From Paraphysomonas bandaiensis (lineage: Eukaryota; Protista; Chrysophyceae), in contig CBFFRP010000520.1 of the NCBI GenBank assembly GCA_965644295.1, positions 5,114-69,113 on the forward strand: DNA of 64,000 bases. The letters are read 5' to 3'. The position numbers were made by a program, and so were the translations under genes. Shown one piece after another: positions 1 to 11,599 of this stretch (within the stretch, counting starts at the first letter, position 1; each line of letters begins with the position of its first letter). The notes below the pieces were generated by a model. That model searched no databases and was not told the origin of the DNA. It was given only the letters and a program-made list of their open reading frames with translations.

Positions 1-1081
1 CTGATCTGGCTGCTCTCGCTGCAAAGTCGAATACAATTATCGAAAATCTGGGAATGGTAGGGTGCCCAACGGCAGAATGAATTTCCACAACCTCAAATCT
101 TTCTCCAGGGCGCACCATGGATAGATCAAACCGTTTTTGCATGAATGATTGTACTTGTGGAACCTGTTAAGTAATTATTACCTGTAAAGTAAAGAAATGT
201 AGCTTTAGCTTACCATTTCAAGTGCCTCAGACAGGGATATTGTCTGTGGAGTTGACAGGGGTGATCCAAAAATATCAAACGTAAGCTCTATTTTTGCATC
301 ACTTTCCTCTGAGATAGATGTCTTGGTACAAGTGACTAGAAGAGGTTTGAAAGGTGATGGAGCGCCCGTAGTCACTATATCTAGCTTGCAAGTAAAACCC
401 GACGAAGTATGGGAAGCCAGCAATCGGGATATAATATAATCTTCGGCAAGGGTCACGCACATGTACCTCCCACCAACTCGAAGAACACGGGATATGTTAG
501 CAAACATGCTGTCAGCCTGAGCGCCAACTGCAGCAGAGTCAGTACTCATAAGTGCATCGAGAGCACCCTTGTCAAATACAACGTCAAAAGAGCCATCAGA
601 GTAGCTGAGAGATGTCATATCCATGACTTCCCATTTCATATCTGGCCTGGACGCCGCATTCTGCTCCAGCATCGACTTAATCACCTCTTCACTGAAGTCA
701 ATATTGACAATATTGTGGTAACCGCTGTCGTATAGATTGGAGCTGAAGTCGGAGTTCCCGCACCCTATGACGAGGATCCTGTCGCTGGGTCGGATATGTC
801 TGAAGCAGTGCAGAGAGAGATCTTTAAAGGCTCCGTACCTTAACACACACGTCATACACACGTACAGATACACACATACAGGACATACCATTCAAAAGCA
901 GCGTCTCCTCTCTCGCGGAAGAAGTTATCCCAGTACTCCTTCTTACGGAACTCCTACTCGACACAACACACGTAACACACAGCAGACACACACACACACA
1001 GCAGACACACACACACACAGGCAGCTCTCCATGTATGTACAGGAGGGGACTTACATCGTGATGCTTGGGTAAAAGATTCAT
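1..1081 (-). CDS. EEF1AKNMT: eEF1A lysine and N-terminal methyltransferase (METTL13 family), 5' part; runs off the left edge of the window
   Basis: Spliced exons 1081-1055 (MNLLPKHHD), 953-889 (EFRKKEYWDNFFRERGDAAFEW), 838-214 (SAM motif ILVIGCGNS, IDFS, VFDKGALDAL) and 163-1 (PRFSIIVFD), all with GT-AG borders. The MNLLPK...YW..FF...FEWYG N-terminus is characteristic of METTL13. Confidence 0.9.
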
Positions 1082-1224
1082 TACAGATAGGTGCAAGTGC
1101 TCTTTCTCTCAGGTGACTCTGTGAGACGTCTCTGTCGCTACTCTATGCTGTTCTATGCTACTCTATGCCAGTCTATGCTAGTCTATGCTGTTCTATGGTG
1201 TGGTGTGGTATAGGCGGGTGCGTT

Positions 1225-1260
1225 CATATACATACATACATACATACATACATACATACA

Positions 1261-1294
<34 letters not shown>

Positions 1295-1314
1295 CATACA
1301 TACATACATATACA
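1225..1314. repeat. (TACA)n microsatellite; identical copy at about 4771-4860
   Basis: Direct reading; produces the spurious HTYI/MYVC ORFs. Confidence 0.97.
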
Positions 1315-2052
1315 GTTGTAGTAGGGGTGTATATTGTGTTGGGTTGAGAGGAGAGTGCTGCTGTAGTGTGGATGGACAGGACAGCCAACAGAGTGCGGTA
1401 TGCTGTACTCCGGTACTGCTGTGCGGTGAGTATACGCACCAACTTGCTCCGGTACATACACCAGCAACAACAATACTCCGGTACATACACCATCAGTACT
1501 GCACCAGTCCGTGCAGCGGTACACCAGCAGCTAGACAGATAGACATGACATTAACTTAACAGCTAGATAATACCAGCCATAATAACGATAACGTGTATGG
1601 TTTCATTAAATAGGAATGTGATTCACTGATGTAGAGTGTGCAGATATATCTATTAGAGTTGAGAGCCACCTGTACTCTGCCTCTGACTGCTCCGTAACGT
1701 TATTGTCATATCAGTTATATGGTTAACGAGATGCTGACTCACTAAGAGATTACGATAAGACGAAAGGCTTATAAACGACAGCTCTAGAACTAGCAGTGAA
1801 AGGGTTCATGGCACTGGGGGGGAAGTATCACAGTCTCCACGGCTGCAACTCTGTTAGTCAGAACTCTCTAATTAGTAACTCTCTGATTAAAGAAAAATTG
1901 CTTCTCTTCCTTTTATATGAATGATTATATTCCAATTATTGCATTTCGTTATCAAACTGTAGTACAGGCCTTGTTCCCGTTCCCGGCAATTATAATTGCA
2001 TTACCATTAATGGCCCGTTAATGGCATTATAGCGAATACCCGGCCCTGATAC

Positions 2053-2210
2053 GTATGACTGTCAACATCATAATTAAGGTAGAAGCTAATTTCAATTCGA
2101 ACCGAATATTAAATTTAAATATCTGTATTTGTCCGTTTCTAAGTTTCTAATATGAGCGCTCTGTTGAACCCACATCAGGCCAAAGAAACACTGTTCTTGA
2201 GACAAAACCG
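2053..2210 (+). repeat. Dispersed AT-rich repeat; duplicate at 5599-5756 and a diverged inverted copy at about 48080-48225
   Basis: Shared blocks TATGACTGTCA..ATCATAATTAAG.TAGAAG, GAACCGAATATT, ATATGAGCGC.CTGTTGA, TTGAGACAA in the same order. Confidence 0.7.
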
Positions 2211-2599
2211 ATACCGTTATAATTCGAATAGCTATTGCTTACAAATAAGTTAAACTCGACAAGTGCTAAGGCGCTTACAAGCTCTTCTGCTCTATAATAT
2301 CAAATAAACTGTCCTGTATAGCATGGCATTTCAGCTTTTAGAAATTTTTGTTAATTACTACTACATTATACTACAATTTTTGTACTTAGTATTGTATTGT
2401 ATAGAACCACTCCTAGTTGTACAAGATACACGAGTAAGCTGCTGTACACGATAATCCACAAATGTGCTTGCAATCACATACGAATCATTATTATTCATAA
2501 TAAATACTATTTCAATAGGCATACGAAGATTGTACTTCTCTTCTACGCGCCGTAGCATTGACATAGATTACTCGTTTTCTCAACTAACAGCCGCACTAT

Positions 2600-3502
2600 C
2601 TAGAATACGGTAATCAGGACAAAGCAGCTGTAGAGAAGCATGATTGGATAGGCCACTAGCCAGTATTGTTCAGTCAGCTGAAGCTTTGAATCGAATATCC
2701 TGCAGGAGAGCAATGACAAATGATTAGTTGACGGGAGGAAAAGTAGTATTTTCGAACCTCGTGGATGCAGCGGTGGACCAGATTACCACCAGCACGGAAA
2801 CAATAAACCCAATAACGCCTCTTAGATCCAACACTATGGATAATGCTGTACACATATTATATACGCACAGAAATATGATGTACATCACCCACCCGCGAGT
2901 CCGATTATTGGCAGCATACAGTAGCCCAGCACCGAGGAGGTTCGCCATATATCGAGCCCGCCCTTAGAGTCGAGGAGATTAATTACTGTATAAAGACTGG
3001 AGCACCCAAATATGCTAAAACCGTAAATGTATCCAAAGTGAACCTTCCCAGAGAGGAGAAGAACTGCCCCAAGCAGCATGCAGTATACCAACGGTCCAGC
3101 GATATCTGCGTCGTCCAAAATATGCTCATCGATGTGCTGAAAATTCAAAGTGAGAACACACGCATCCAATAAAGAATAAAAAGTTACCTTAATGGGTATG
3201 ATAACTGCCTGTGTTTTACTCCATATGTGATCAAATCTAATTCCCAGTTCTTCAAGTAGAGGGGCCTCATTCTCATAATCCTCATCAGCATCAAATCGTC
3301 CTGTATATCCTGAGCTCATATCATCCCCGCTGCCGTATCTGGGTATATCGGGAGTAGAAGCCCCTGGTTTATCAGGAGACTTTGAGTACCACGGGTCCTC
3401 ATTAGAGGTGCCGTCAAAGTCCGAGAAGTCTGATCCATAGTTACCATACCCCTCTGCTGGGCTCGAATAGTTTTCAGGATCAAGAGCGTGATTTCTTATC
3501 AT
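2600..3502 (-). CDS. YIPF5: Yip1-domain Golgi/ER membrane protein (YIPF5/YIP1), copy 1
   Basis: EAPLLEELGI, DADIAGPL, GKVHFGYIYG, SVLGYCMLP and C-terminal LVAYPIMLLYSCFVLITVF*. Exons 3502-3188, 3136-2893, 2845-2758, 2699-2600. Confidence 0.92.
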
Positions 3503-3957
3503 TTTATACGTAGATCCGAGAGAGAGTCAGAGACTATTGTGAGGGTCTACACATTAATAATATAAAGGTGTCCTAATCTGTTATGTATGTGTGTGTGTGT
3601 ATGTGGGCTCTGCAGCTCTGTTAAGAGTTAAAGGAGTGTTATACAGTGCTGTATACACTGTATGTTTACCGTCTACAACACTCAACTGCGACTCGCAACA
3701 ACAATAGCGATAGTAAAATACCACGGTATACCTAGTGTATACTCTGTATACTGCCATAGGTGCTGCTCCTGCTATTGCTCTATGTGAGGAATGAGTATGT
3801 ATACCATGGTATACGGCACTGTATACCTACATCACAGCACATGATCATGAGCGAGCCGAGATGCATAGGCAGATATGCACCCACTGCTGTGTTCCGCCTC
3901 ATATGCTCCTCTCGTACACGCATGTGGTGATTCAATCCGGGTAGTTCATATGGAGGA

Positions 3958-4629
3958 ATGACCTCTGTGTTATTTCGTTTGTTTGGCTGTAGATGTGAGA
4001 GTGGTGGGGGTATGAGCGATATGCTCTCAGAGCTCTCTGTTCTCTTATCCTCCGCCTCGGACAGCATCAGCAGCAGACCGGAGCTAGAGCTGGAAGGGGT
4101 CCCTGATGCTGTGTGGACACCCGCAACACACAGGCTATTTTCTTACTCCTTCAGGCGCAAAGTGTTCACTCTGCTGTGCTGTCTAAAGAGATGCGGTATA
4201 TTCCTGCCTCACGAGGTGCTCACACTGTTGATACTGTCTCACTTTACTCTGCGGAGTGAAATCATGTCTCATGTGGTGTGCATAAGCGCAACTCGAACGG
4301 AATTTGCCCAGTTGAGCCGTTACTCCCGTATATATAGCCTTCACTCGCCAGTAGCACTTGATATAGTGTCATGCCGTGACGATGATGGAGAGGTGCGCAT
4401 CGTTTTTGGAGAACGTTGTTATCCGAACTCCACAGATTCACATCTCATGCTAGCTAACCTTCACAGCAGTGAATTCGTTTATTGGAAGAGGTTAAGAGAT
4501 GGGAGCGATTTCAGCTGGAGGGTAACGAAGATGACAGAAGACATGCTATCCCACACAAATTTACTGATTTTTGGGACGGAAAGTATTATGGATAACGAAT
4601 CTTGGTTTTATATACTTAAACAGCTTTAG
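3958..4629 (+). CDS. Hypothetical protein, copy 1 (true start uncertain)
   Basis: 223-aa ORF with protein-like composition and a WTPATHRLF..FRRKVFTLL motif; lies head-to-head with YIPF5. Confidence 0.6.
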   Translation: MTSVLFRLFGCRCESGGGMSDMLSELSVLLSSASDSISSRPELELEGVPDAVWTPATHRLFSYSFRRKVFTLLCCLKRCGIFLPHEVLTLLILSHFTLRSEIMSHVVCISATRTEFAQLSRYSRIYSLHSPVALDIVSCRDDDGEVRIVFGERCYPNSTDSHLMLANLHSSEFVYWKRLRDGSDFSWRVTKMTEDMLSHTNLLIFGTESIMDNESWFYILKQL

Positions 4630-4806
4630 TCTGCATTTTTTAGTGCTCTTTCTCTCAGGTGACTCTGTGAGACGTCTCTGTCGCTACTCTATGCTGTTCT
4701 ATGCTACTCTATGCCAGTCTATGCTAGTCTATGCTGTTCTATGGTGTGGTGTGGTATAGGCGGGTGCGTTCATATACATACATACATACATACATACATA
4801 CATACA

Positions 4807-4840
<34 letters not shown>

Positions 4841-5835
4841 CATACATACATACATATACAGTTGTAGTAGGGGTGTATATTGTGTTGGGTTGAGAGGAGA
4901 GTGCTGCTGTAGTGTGGATGGACAGGACAGCCAACAGAGTGCGGTATGCTGTACTCCGGTACTGCTGTGCGGTGAGTATACGCACCAACTTGCTCCGGTA
5001 CATACACCAGCAACAACAATACTCCGGTACATACACCATCAGTACTGCACCAGTCCGTGCAGCGGTACACCAGCAGCTAGACAGATAGACATGACATTAA
5101 CTTAACAGCTAGATAATACCAGCCATAATAACGATAACGTGTATGGTTTCATTAAATAGGAATGTGATTCACTGATGTAGAGTGTGCAGATATATCTATT
5201 AGAGTTGAGAGCCACCTGTACTCTGCCTCTGACTGCTCCGTAACGTTATTGTCATATCAGTTATATGGTTAACGAGATGCTGACTCACTAAGAGATTACG
5301 ATAAGACGAAAGGCTTATAAACGACAGCTCTAGAACTAGCAGTGAAAGGGTTCATGGCACTGGGGGGGAAGTATCACAGTCTCCACGGCTGCAACTCTGT
5401 TAGTCAGAACTCTCTAATTAGTAACTCTCTGATTAAAGAAAAATTGCTTCTCTTCCTTTTATATGAATGATTATATTCCAATTATTGCATTTCGTTATCA
5501 AACTGTAGTACAGGCCTTGTTCCCGTTCCCGGCAATTATAATTGCATTACCATTAATGGCCCGTTAATGGCATTATAGCGAATACCCGGCCCTGATACGT
5601 ATGACTGTCAACATCATAATTAAGGTAGAAGCTAATTTCAATTCGAACCGAATATTAAATTTAAATATCTGTATTTGTCCGTTTCTAAGTTTCTAATATG
5701 AGCGCTCTGTTGAACCCACATCAGGCCAAAGAAACACTGTTCTTGAGACAAAACCGATACCGTTATAATTCGAATAGCTATTGCTTACAAATAAGTTAAA
5801 CTCGACAAGCAAATATATACACCAATATTCATATA

Positions 5836-6098
5836 AATATGGTGTTACTAAGTTGTTACTAAGTGTGAATAGAAGTAAGTGTTACTAAGTAAGTGTTACT
5901 AAGTTGTTACTAAGTGTGAATAGAAGTAAGTGTTACTAAGTTGTTACTAAGTGTGAATAGAAGTAAGTGTTACTATATATGAATATTATATATATGGTGT
6001 TACTAAGTTGTTACTAAGTGTGAATAGAAGTAAGTGTTACTAAGTAAGTGTTACTAAGTTGTTACTAAGTGTGAATAGAAGTAAGTGTTACTAAGTGT
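5836..6098. repeat. Compound minisatellite built from GTGTTACTAAG / TTGTTACTAAG / TGTGAATAGAAGTAA units
   Basis: Direct reading; a higher-order block starting ATATGGTGTTACT occurs at about 5837 and again at about 5993. Confidence 0.9.
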
Positions 6099-7042
6099 CG
6101 AAAGGTTATGTAAGTAAAAGTTACGTTGTATCGAATGTTAGTTAATGGTAAAAATGAAACAAACTAAGACTAAGGAACAGATAGCAAAAAATATTACTAA
6201 ATAAGTAGAAACAAACGATGCAGGAAGCAGTGTTAAGTCAGCCGACGGAAATGAATTGGTTTCAGTGAGCTGGTCATGATACCGTGATGTCTCCAGTTCG
6301 GCTGTTCGAGCTGCCACATGCTGCTGCTCGTTTAAAGTATCCATTCCCTTGCGGCGAATATTAGTAACGAATCATTTCATCCAGTGTATCTGGACAAGTA
6401 AGAGCATGCAATGTCTGATAGAAGGGATCAGGACTGCGGTCTTCCATGATCGAACACTCTGCAGGATCGTCAGGCAAGGGAGTAAAATCTTCCTCAAGCT
6501 CCAGAGCGCAAGTAAAACTCCAGGATTGTCAGGCAAGGGAGTTTTACTTGCGCTCTGGAGTATATTCTGGATACGAGTGTATGGATGGGAGTTCTATGAG
6601 CTCTACTGGGATGCCCTTCGCGCTAACGAGAACAAAAGCGTCGTTTTTCATCGTCTTGTCCAAAAAAATATACCGCAGAAGCCAATCAGAAATGGAGCAT
6701 GCCAATAAAGAAGTGTCACTCCAGGCAACACTCACTGTGAGGACACGAATCTTAGTCGTGATGATAACTCTGACTTGATTGCAGTGAAGTTGTGATTGTG
6801 TAGTAATCGCAAATGCGGCTGACTAAAGTGTGACGTCGAACAGAACATTGAAGTATGGGCAGGCACTGGTATGTGAACAGCGTTTTGGAACTCCAAGAAG
6901 CAGATAGGGATGGTTTGAGGGAACAAGATACCATCATCCAGCTGAAATCTTGATGTCGTGCTGCAGAAACCGCAACTTCAATTTTGAAGTAGCGAATGCC
7001 ACGCACTTAGATAGTGATGTCTTGGAATTCCAATAAGGCAAC

Positions 7043-7221
7043 AATTCTGTGTGTGGGAATATAAGATCCAGCAGAATATGTCGATCCAGCAAAAAAATCC
7101 AGGTTTTTTTGATGCATGCTGTTTTTTGACGAATATATTTCAGAGAAATAACGAAAAAAGGTCGATTTTTTTGCTGGATCGACATATTCCGCTGGATCGA
7201 CTTATTCCCACAGAAGGAATT
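7043..7221. repeat. Inverted repeat (MITE-like hairpin) with about 48-bp arms
   Basis: Arms 7052-7099 and 7164-7212 are near-perfect reverse complements, each with two GATCCAGC-containing sub-repeats. Confidence 0.85.
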
Positions 7222-8231
7222 TGAGAGAGCGAATACACTGTGAATCGTGCCATTATTAACTGTGAGTTCGTATTGCAAGCTTCATCACTATGCGGGAGAG
7301 CTATTGTGAAGGTTTATGCCTCATTATCGACAAAATGAGCGTGACAAGTGGGTTCCCGTGACCTGTAGAAAAGCGGAGAGTGTATGTCTCGAGGTTATTG
7401 AAGACGACGCAAGCAAGCAGTATGCCTATTAGTATTGGAGGGGAGAAAAGCATTTGAAATGCGCAGTGAAAGTTCAGTCCGAGTACGTCGTTGATTCATG
7501 TGCTGATTTACAGCATGAAACCGTGTTTGAAATGGAAAAAGAAGACCATGCAGGTGAGGTAGTGGATATGCTCGACTTACTGAGCAATGCTCTCAGTCGT
7601 GGTAAAAAGAGAAATAATGTATCAGAAATGGCTTTAAGCTCCAGAGACTCCCGGCTAGTGTCAGGTAATAAGTATTGGTACTAGAGACTAGAGTAGTAGA
7701 GTGTGTAGCTGGAGTACTATTGGTCTGTTGAGTAATAATCAGTTCATTCATTGGGGTACAGTTATTGCTTTTCTGTTACATGCGCAAGCAATAATGAGAA
7801 CTAGATGGTGTACTGTAATGAACTATAAGATTAGGTGAAATTTAGCATATATCAAGATTTGTCGTTAATTTGCAGCAAACGCATGCATGTGTATGTGCTA
7901 AGGCGCTTACAAGCTCTTCTGCTCTATAATATCAAATAAACTGTCCTGTATAGCATGGCATTTCAGCTTTTAGAAATTTTTGTTAATTACTACTACATTA
8001 TACTACAATTTTTGTACTTAGTATTGTATTGTATAGAACCACTCCTAGTTGTACAAGATACACGAGTAAGCTGCTGTACACGATAATCCACAAATGTGCT
8101 TGCAATCACATACGAATCATTATTATTCATAATAAATACTATTTCAATAGGCATACGAAGATTGTACTTCTCTTCTACGCGCCGTAGCATTGACATAGAT
8201 TACTCGTTTTCTCAACTAACAGCCGCACTAT

Positions 8232-9134
8232 CTAGAATACGGTAATCAGGACAAAGCAGCTGTAGAGAAGCATGATTGGATAGGCCACTAGCCAGTATTG
8301 TTCAGTCAGCTGAAGCTTTGAATCGAATATCCTGCAGGAGAGCAATGACAAATGATTAGTTGACGGGAGGAAAAGTAGTATTTTCGAACCTCGTGGATGC
8401 AGCGGTGGACCAGATTACCACCAGCACGGAAACAATAAACCCAATAACGCCTCTTAGATCCAACACTATGGATAATGCTGTACACATATTATATACGCAC
8501 AGAAATATGATGTACATCACCCACCCGCGAGTCCGATTATTGGCAGCATACAGTAGCCCAGCACCGAGGAGGTTCGCCATATATCGAGCCCGCCCTTAGA
8601 GTCGAGGAGATTAATTACTGTATAAAGACTGGAGCACCCAAATATGCTAAAACCGTAAATGTATCCAAAGTGAACCTTCCCAGAGAGGAGAAGAACTGCC
8701 CCAAGCAGCATGCAGTATACCAACGGTCCAGCGATATCTGCGTCGTCCAAAATATGCTCATCGATGTGCTGAAAATTCAAAGTGAGAACACACGCATCCA
8801 ATAAAGAATAAAAAGTTACCTTAATGGGTATGATAACTGCCTGTGTTTTACTCCATATGTGATCAAATCTAATTCCCAGTTCTTCAAGTAGAGGGGCCTC
8901 ATTCTCATAATCCTCATCAGCATCAAATCGTCCTGTATATCCTGAGCTCATATCATCCCCGCTGCCGTATCTGGGTATATCGGGAGTAGAAGCCCCTGGT
9001 TTATCAGGAGACTTTGAGTACCACGGGTCCTCATTAGAGGTGCCGTCAAAGTCCGAGAAGTCTGATCCATAGTTACCATACCCCTCTGCTGGGCTCGAAT
9101 AGTTTTCAGGATCAAGAGCGTGATTTCTTATCAT
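8232..9134 (-). CDS. YIPF5: YIPF5/YIP1, copy 2 (matches copy 1)
   Basis: Same sequence as 2600-3502 at offset 5632. Confidence 0.9.
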
Positions 9135-9589
9135 TTTATACGTAGATCCGAGAGAGAGTCAGAGACTATTGTGAGGGTCTACACATTAATAATATAAAGG
9201 TGTCCTAATCTGTTATGTATGTGTGTGTGTGTATGTGGGCTCTGCAGCTCTGTTAAGAGTTAAAGGAGTGTTATACAGTGCTGTATACACTGTATGTTTA
9301 CCGTCTACAACACTCAACTGCGACTCGCAACAACAATAGCGATAGTAAAATACCACGGTATACCTAGTGTATACTCTGTATACTGCCATAGGTGCTGCTC
9401 CTGCTATTGCTCTATGTGAGGAATGAGTATGTATACCATGGTATACGGCACTGTATACCTACATCACAGCACATGATCATGAGCGAGCCGAGATGCATAG
9501 GCAGATATGCACCCACTGCTGTGTTCCGCCTCATATGCTCCTCTCGTACACGCATGTGGTGATTCAATCCGGGTAGTTCATATGGAGGA

Positions 9590-10261
9590 ATGACCTCTGT
9601 GTTATTTCGTTTGTTTGGCTGTAGATGTGAGAGTGGTGGGGGTATGAGCGATATGCTCTCAGAGCTCTCTGTTCTCTTATCCTCCGCCTCGGACAGCATC
9701 AGCAGCAGACCGGAGCTAGAGCTGGAAGGGGTCCCTGATGCTGTGTGGACACCCGCAACACACAGGCTATTTTCTTACTCCTTCAGGCGCAAAGTGTTCA
9801 CTCTGCTGTGCTGTCTAAAGAGATGCGGTATATTCCTGCCTCACGAGGTGCTCACACTGTTGATACTGTCTCACTTTACTCTGCGGAGTGAAATCATGTC
9901 TCATGTGGTGTGCATAAGCGCAACTCGAACGGAATTTGCCCAGTTGAGCCGTTACTCCCGTATATATAGCCTTCACTCGCCAGTAGCACTTGATATAGTG
10001 TCATGCCGTGACGATGATGGAGAGGTGCGCATCGTTTTTGGAGAACGTTGTTATCCGAACTCCACAGATTCACATCTCATGCTAGCTAACCTTCACAGCA
10101 GTGAATTCGTTTATTGGAAGAGGTTAAGAGATGGGAGCGATTTCAGCTGGAGGGTAACGAAGATGACAGAAGACATGCTATCCCACACAAATTTACTGAT
10201 TTTTGGGACGGAAAGTATTATGGATAACGAATCTTGGTTTTATATACTTAAACAGCTTTAG
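9590..10261 (+). CDS. Hypothetical protein, copy 2 (retains the native downstream sequence)
   Basis: Identical translation to 3958-4629. Confidence 0.6.
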   Translation: MTSVLFRLFGCRCESGGGMSDMLSELSVLLSSASDSISSRPELELEGVPDAVWTPATHRLFSYSFRRKVFTLLCCLKRCGIFLPHEVLTLLILSHFTLRSEIMSHVVCISATRTEFAQLSRYSRIYSLHSPVALDIVSCRDDDGEVRIVFGERCYPNSTDSHLMLANLHSSEFVYWKRLRDGSDFSWRVTKMTEDMLSHTNLLIFGTESIMDNESWFYILKQL

Positions 10262-10781
10262 TCTGCATTTTTTATTGCTTTTGTGCTGAGCTGCTGCATT
10301 CTTATTGTATGTGTGTATAGTGTATATGGTTTTGAGTTCATTCAGCCGTGTAAATTAATTTACAACGGCGTATATATTTCGAATAAAAATGTCTAAGTTC
10401 AGTTTATTACGACGAGGTAAATTGCTGAAGCCTTTTTAGAAATCTCGTAATGTGATGTTCTGTAAATGTGGTTGTTGCTACGAATCTTCGAATCATATAT
10501 TCAGTATATAATATATGTAACACCCTCCTATTGGTGTCAGCATCATCTAATGCAGTAACGAGTCCAATATCTCTGACGCGCTGCTCATCAGCACTCGATA
10601 TCGACTGTTGTTCTTCAATAATCATTGCTCTGATCCTTCTCAGAGCTAAATGAAACAGACTAGAGTCATGAACCTCCATTTCAGGTTCTCCCTCCATGGT
10701 AATAATAGATAACTAACAATGAATATGACTACAACTACAATAATACTATCTACAAGCAACTTCCAGAGTACAGAAATTGCA

Positions 10782-11599
10782 TCTTATTATCAATAATCAA
10801 TATATACATATGATTCCCAGGCCAGAGGAAGGCCTGCAGGAATGACCTTCATCCATATACATTACTAATAGCTCAGCCTGATCACAACTGATTCATCATC
10901 AATGCATAAGGGAAGATACATTCAGTATTCTCATTGTAGTTGAAGCCTTGTATACGTACTTCCAAGTACAGTTCAATAAACAATAAGTACCTAATGAAAT
11001 ACATAAGTACAACTGTATTACTGGATAATCTGGCAATACACGTCTATCAGCGTGGATATCAAACCCGGAATTCTCCAGTAAACTTCTCCAGCCTTAAGCA
11101 TTAATATATAGATAATAAGAACATATACATATAAATCATCAATCATAACATCTTCATCATTGAATTTCATTATTGGTAATCCTATCTTTCTTATTATCAA
11201 TAATCAATATATACATATGATTCCCAGGCCAGAGGAAGGCCTGCAGGAATGACCTTCATCCATATACATTACTAATAGCTCAGCCTGATCACAACTGATT
11301 CATCATCAATGCATAAGGGAAGATACATTCAGTATTCTCATTGTAGTTGAAGCCTTGTATACGTACTTCCAAGTACAGTTCAATAAACAATAAGTACCTA
11401 ATGAAATACATAAGTACAACTGTATTACTGGATAATCTGGCAATACACGTCTATCAGCGTGGATATCAAACCCGGAATTCTCCAGTAAACTTCTCCAGCC
11501 TTAAGCATTAATATATATATAATAAGAACATATACATATAAATCATCAATCATAACATCTTCATCATTGAATTTCATTATTGGTAATCCTATCTTTCTT
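10782..11599. repeat. 407-bp tandem duplication of a decayed coding fragment; homologue at about 58860-59280
   Basis: 10782-11192 matches 11189-11599 with one visible substitution and a TCTT junction microhomology. Confidence 0.9.

Larger units (their letters stand above)
1096..4641. repeat. Tandem segmental duplication, copy 1 (3,546 bp)
   Basis: 1096-2263 recurs at 4642-5809 (offset 3546) and 2263-4642 recurs at 7895-10274 (offset 5632). ORF translations are identical in both copies. Confidence 0.95.
5810..7895. other. 2,086-bp indel segment with a minisatellite, hairpins and decayed ORFs (possible mobile element)
   Basis: Lies between ...CTCGACAAG and TGCTAAGG in copy 2; copy 1 has these sequences joined directly. 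No TSD or clear TIR. Confidence 0.75.
4642..10274. repeat. Tandem segmental duplication, copy 2, containing a 2,086-bp segment absent from copy 1
   Basis: Matches copy 1 on both sides of 5810-7895. Confidence 0.93.

Noticed and set aside
1165-1559. HTYI/MYVC-repeat ORFs (also about 4711-5105, 12176-12566, 54672-55091)
   Set aside because: Translations of stop-free (TACA)n microsatellites, not genes.
5836-6098. Possible CRISPR-like array
   Set aside because: Units are directly tandem with no unique spacers; eukaryotic context and no cas genes.
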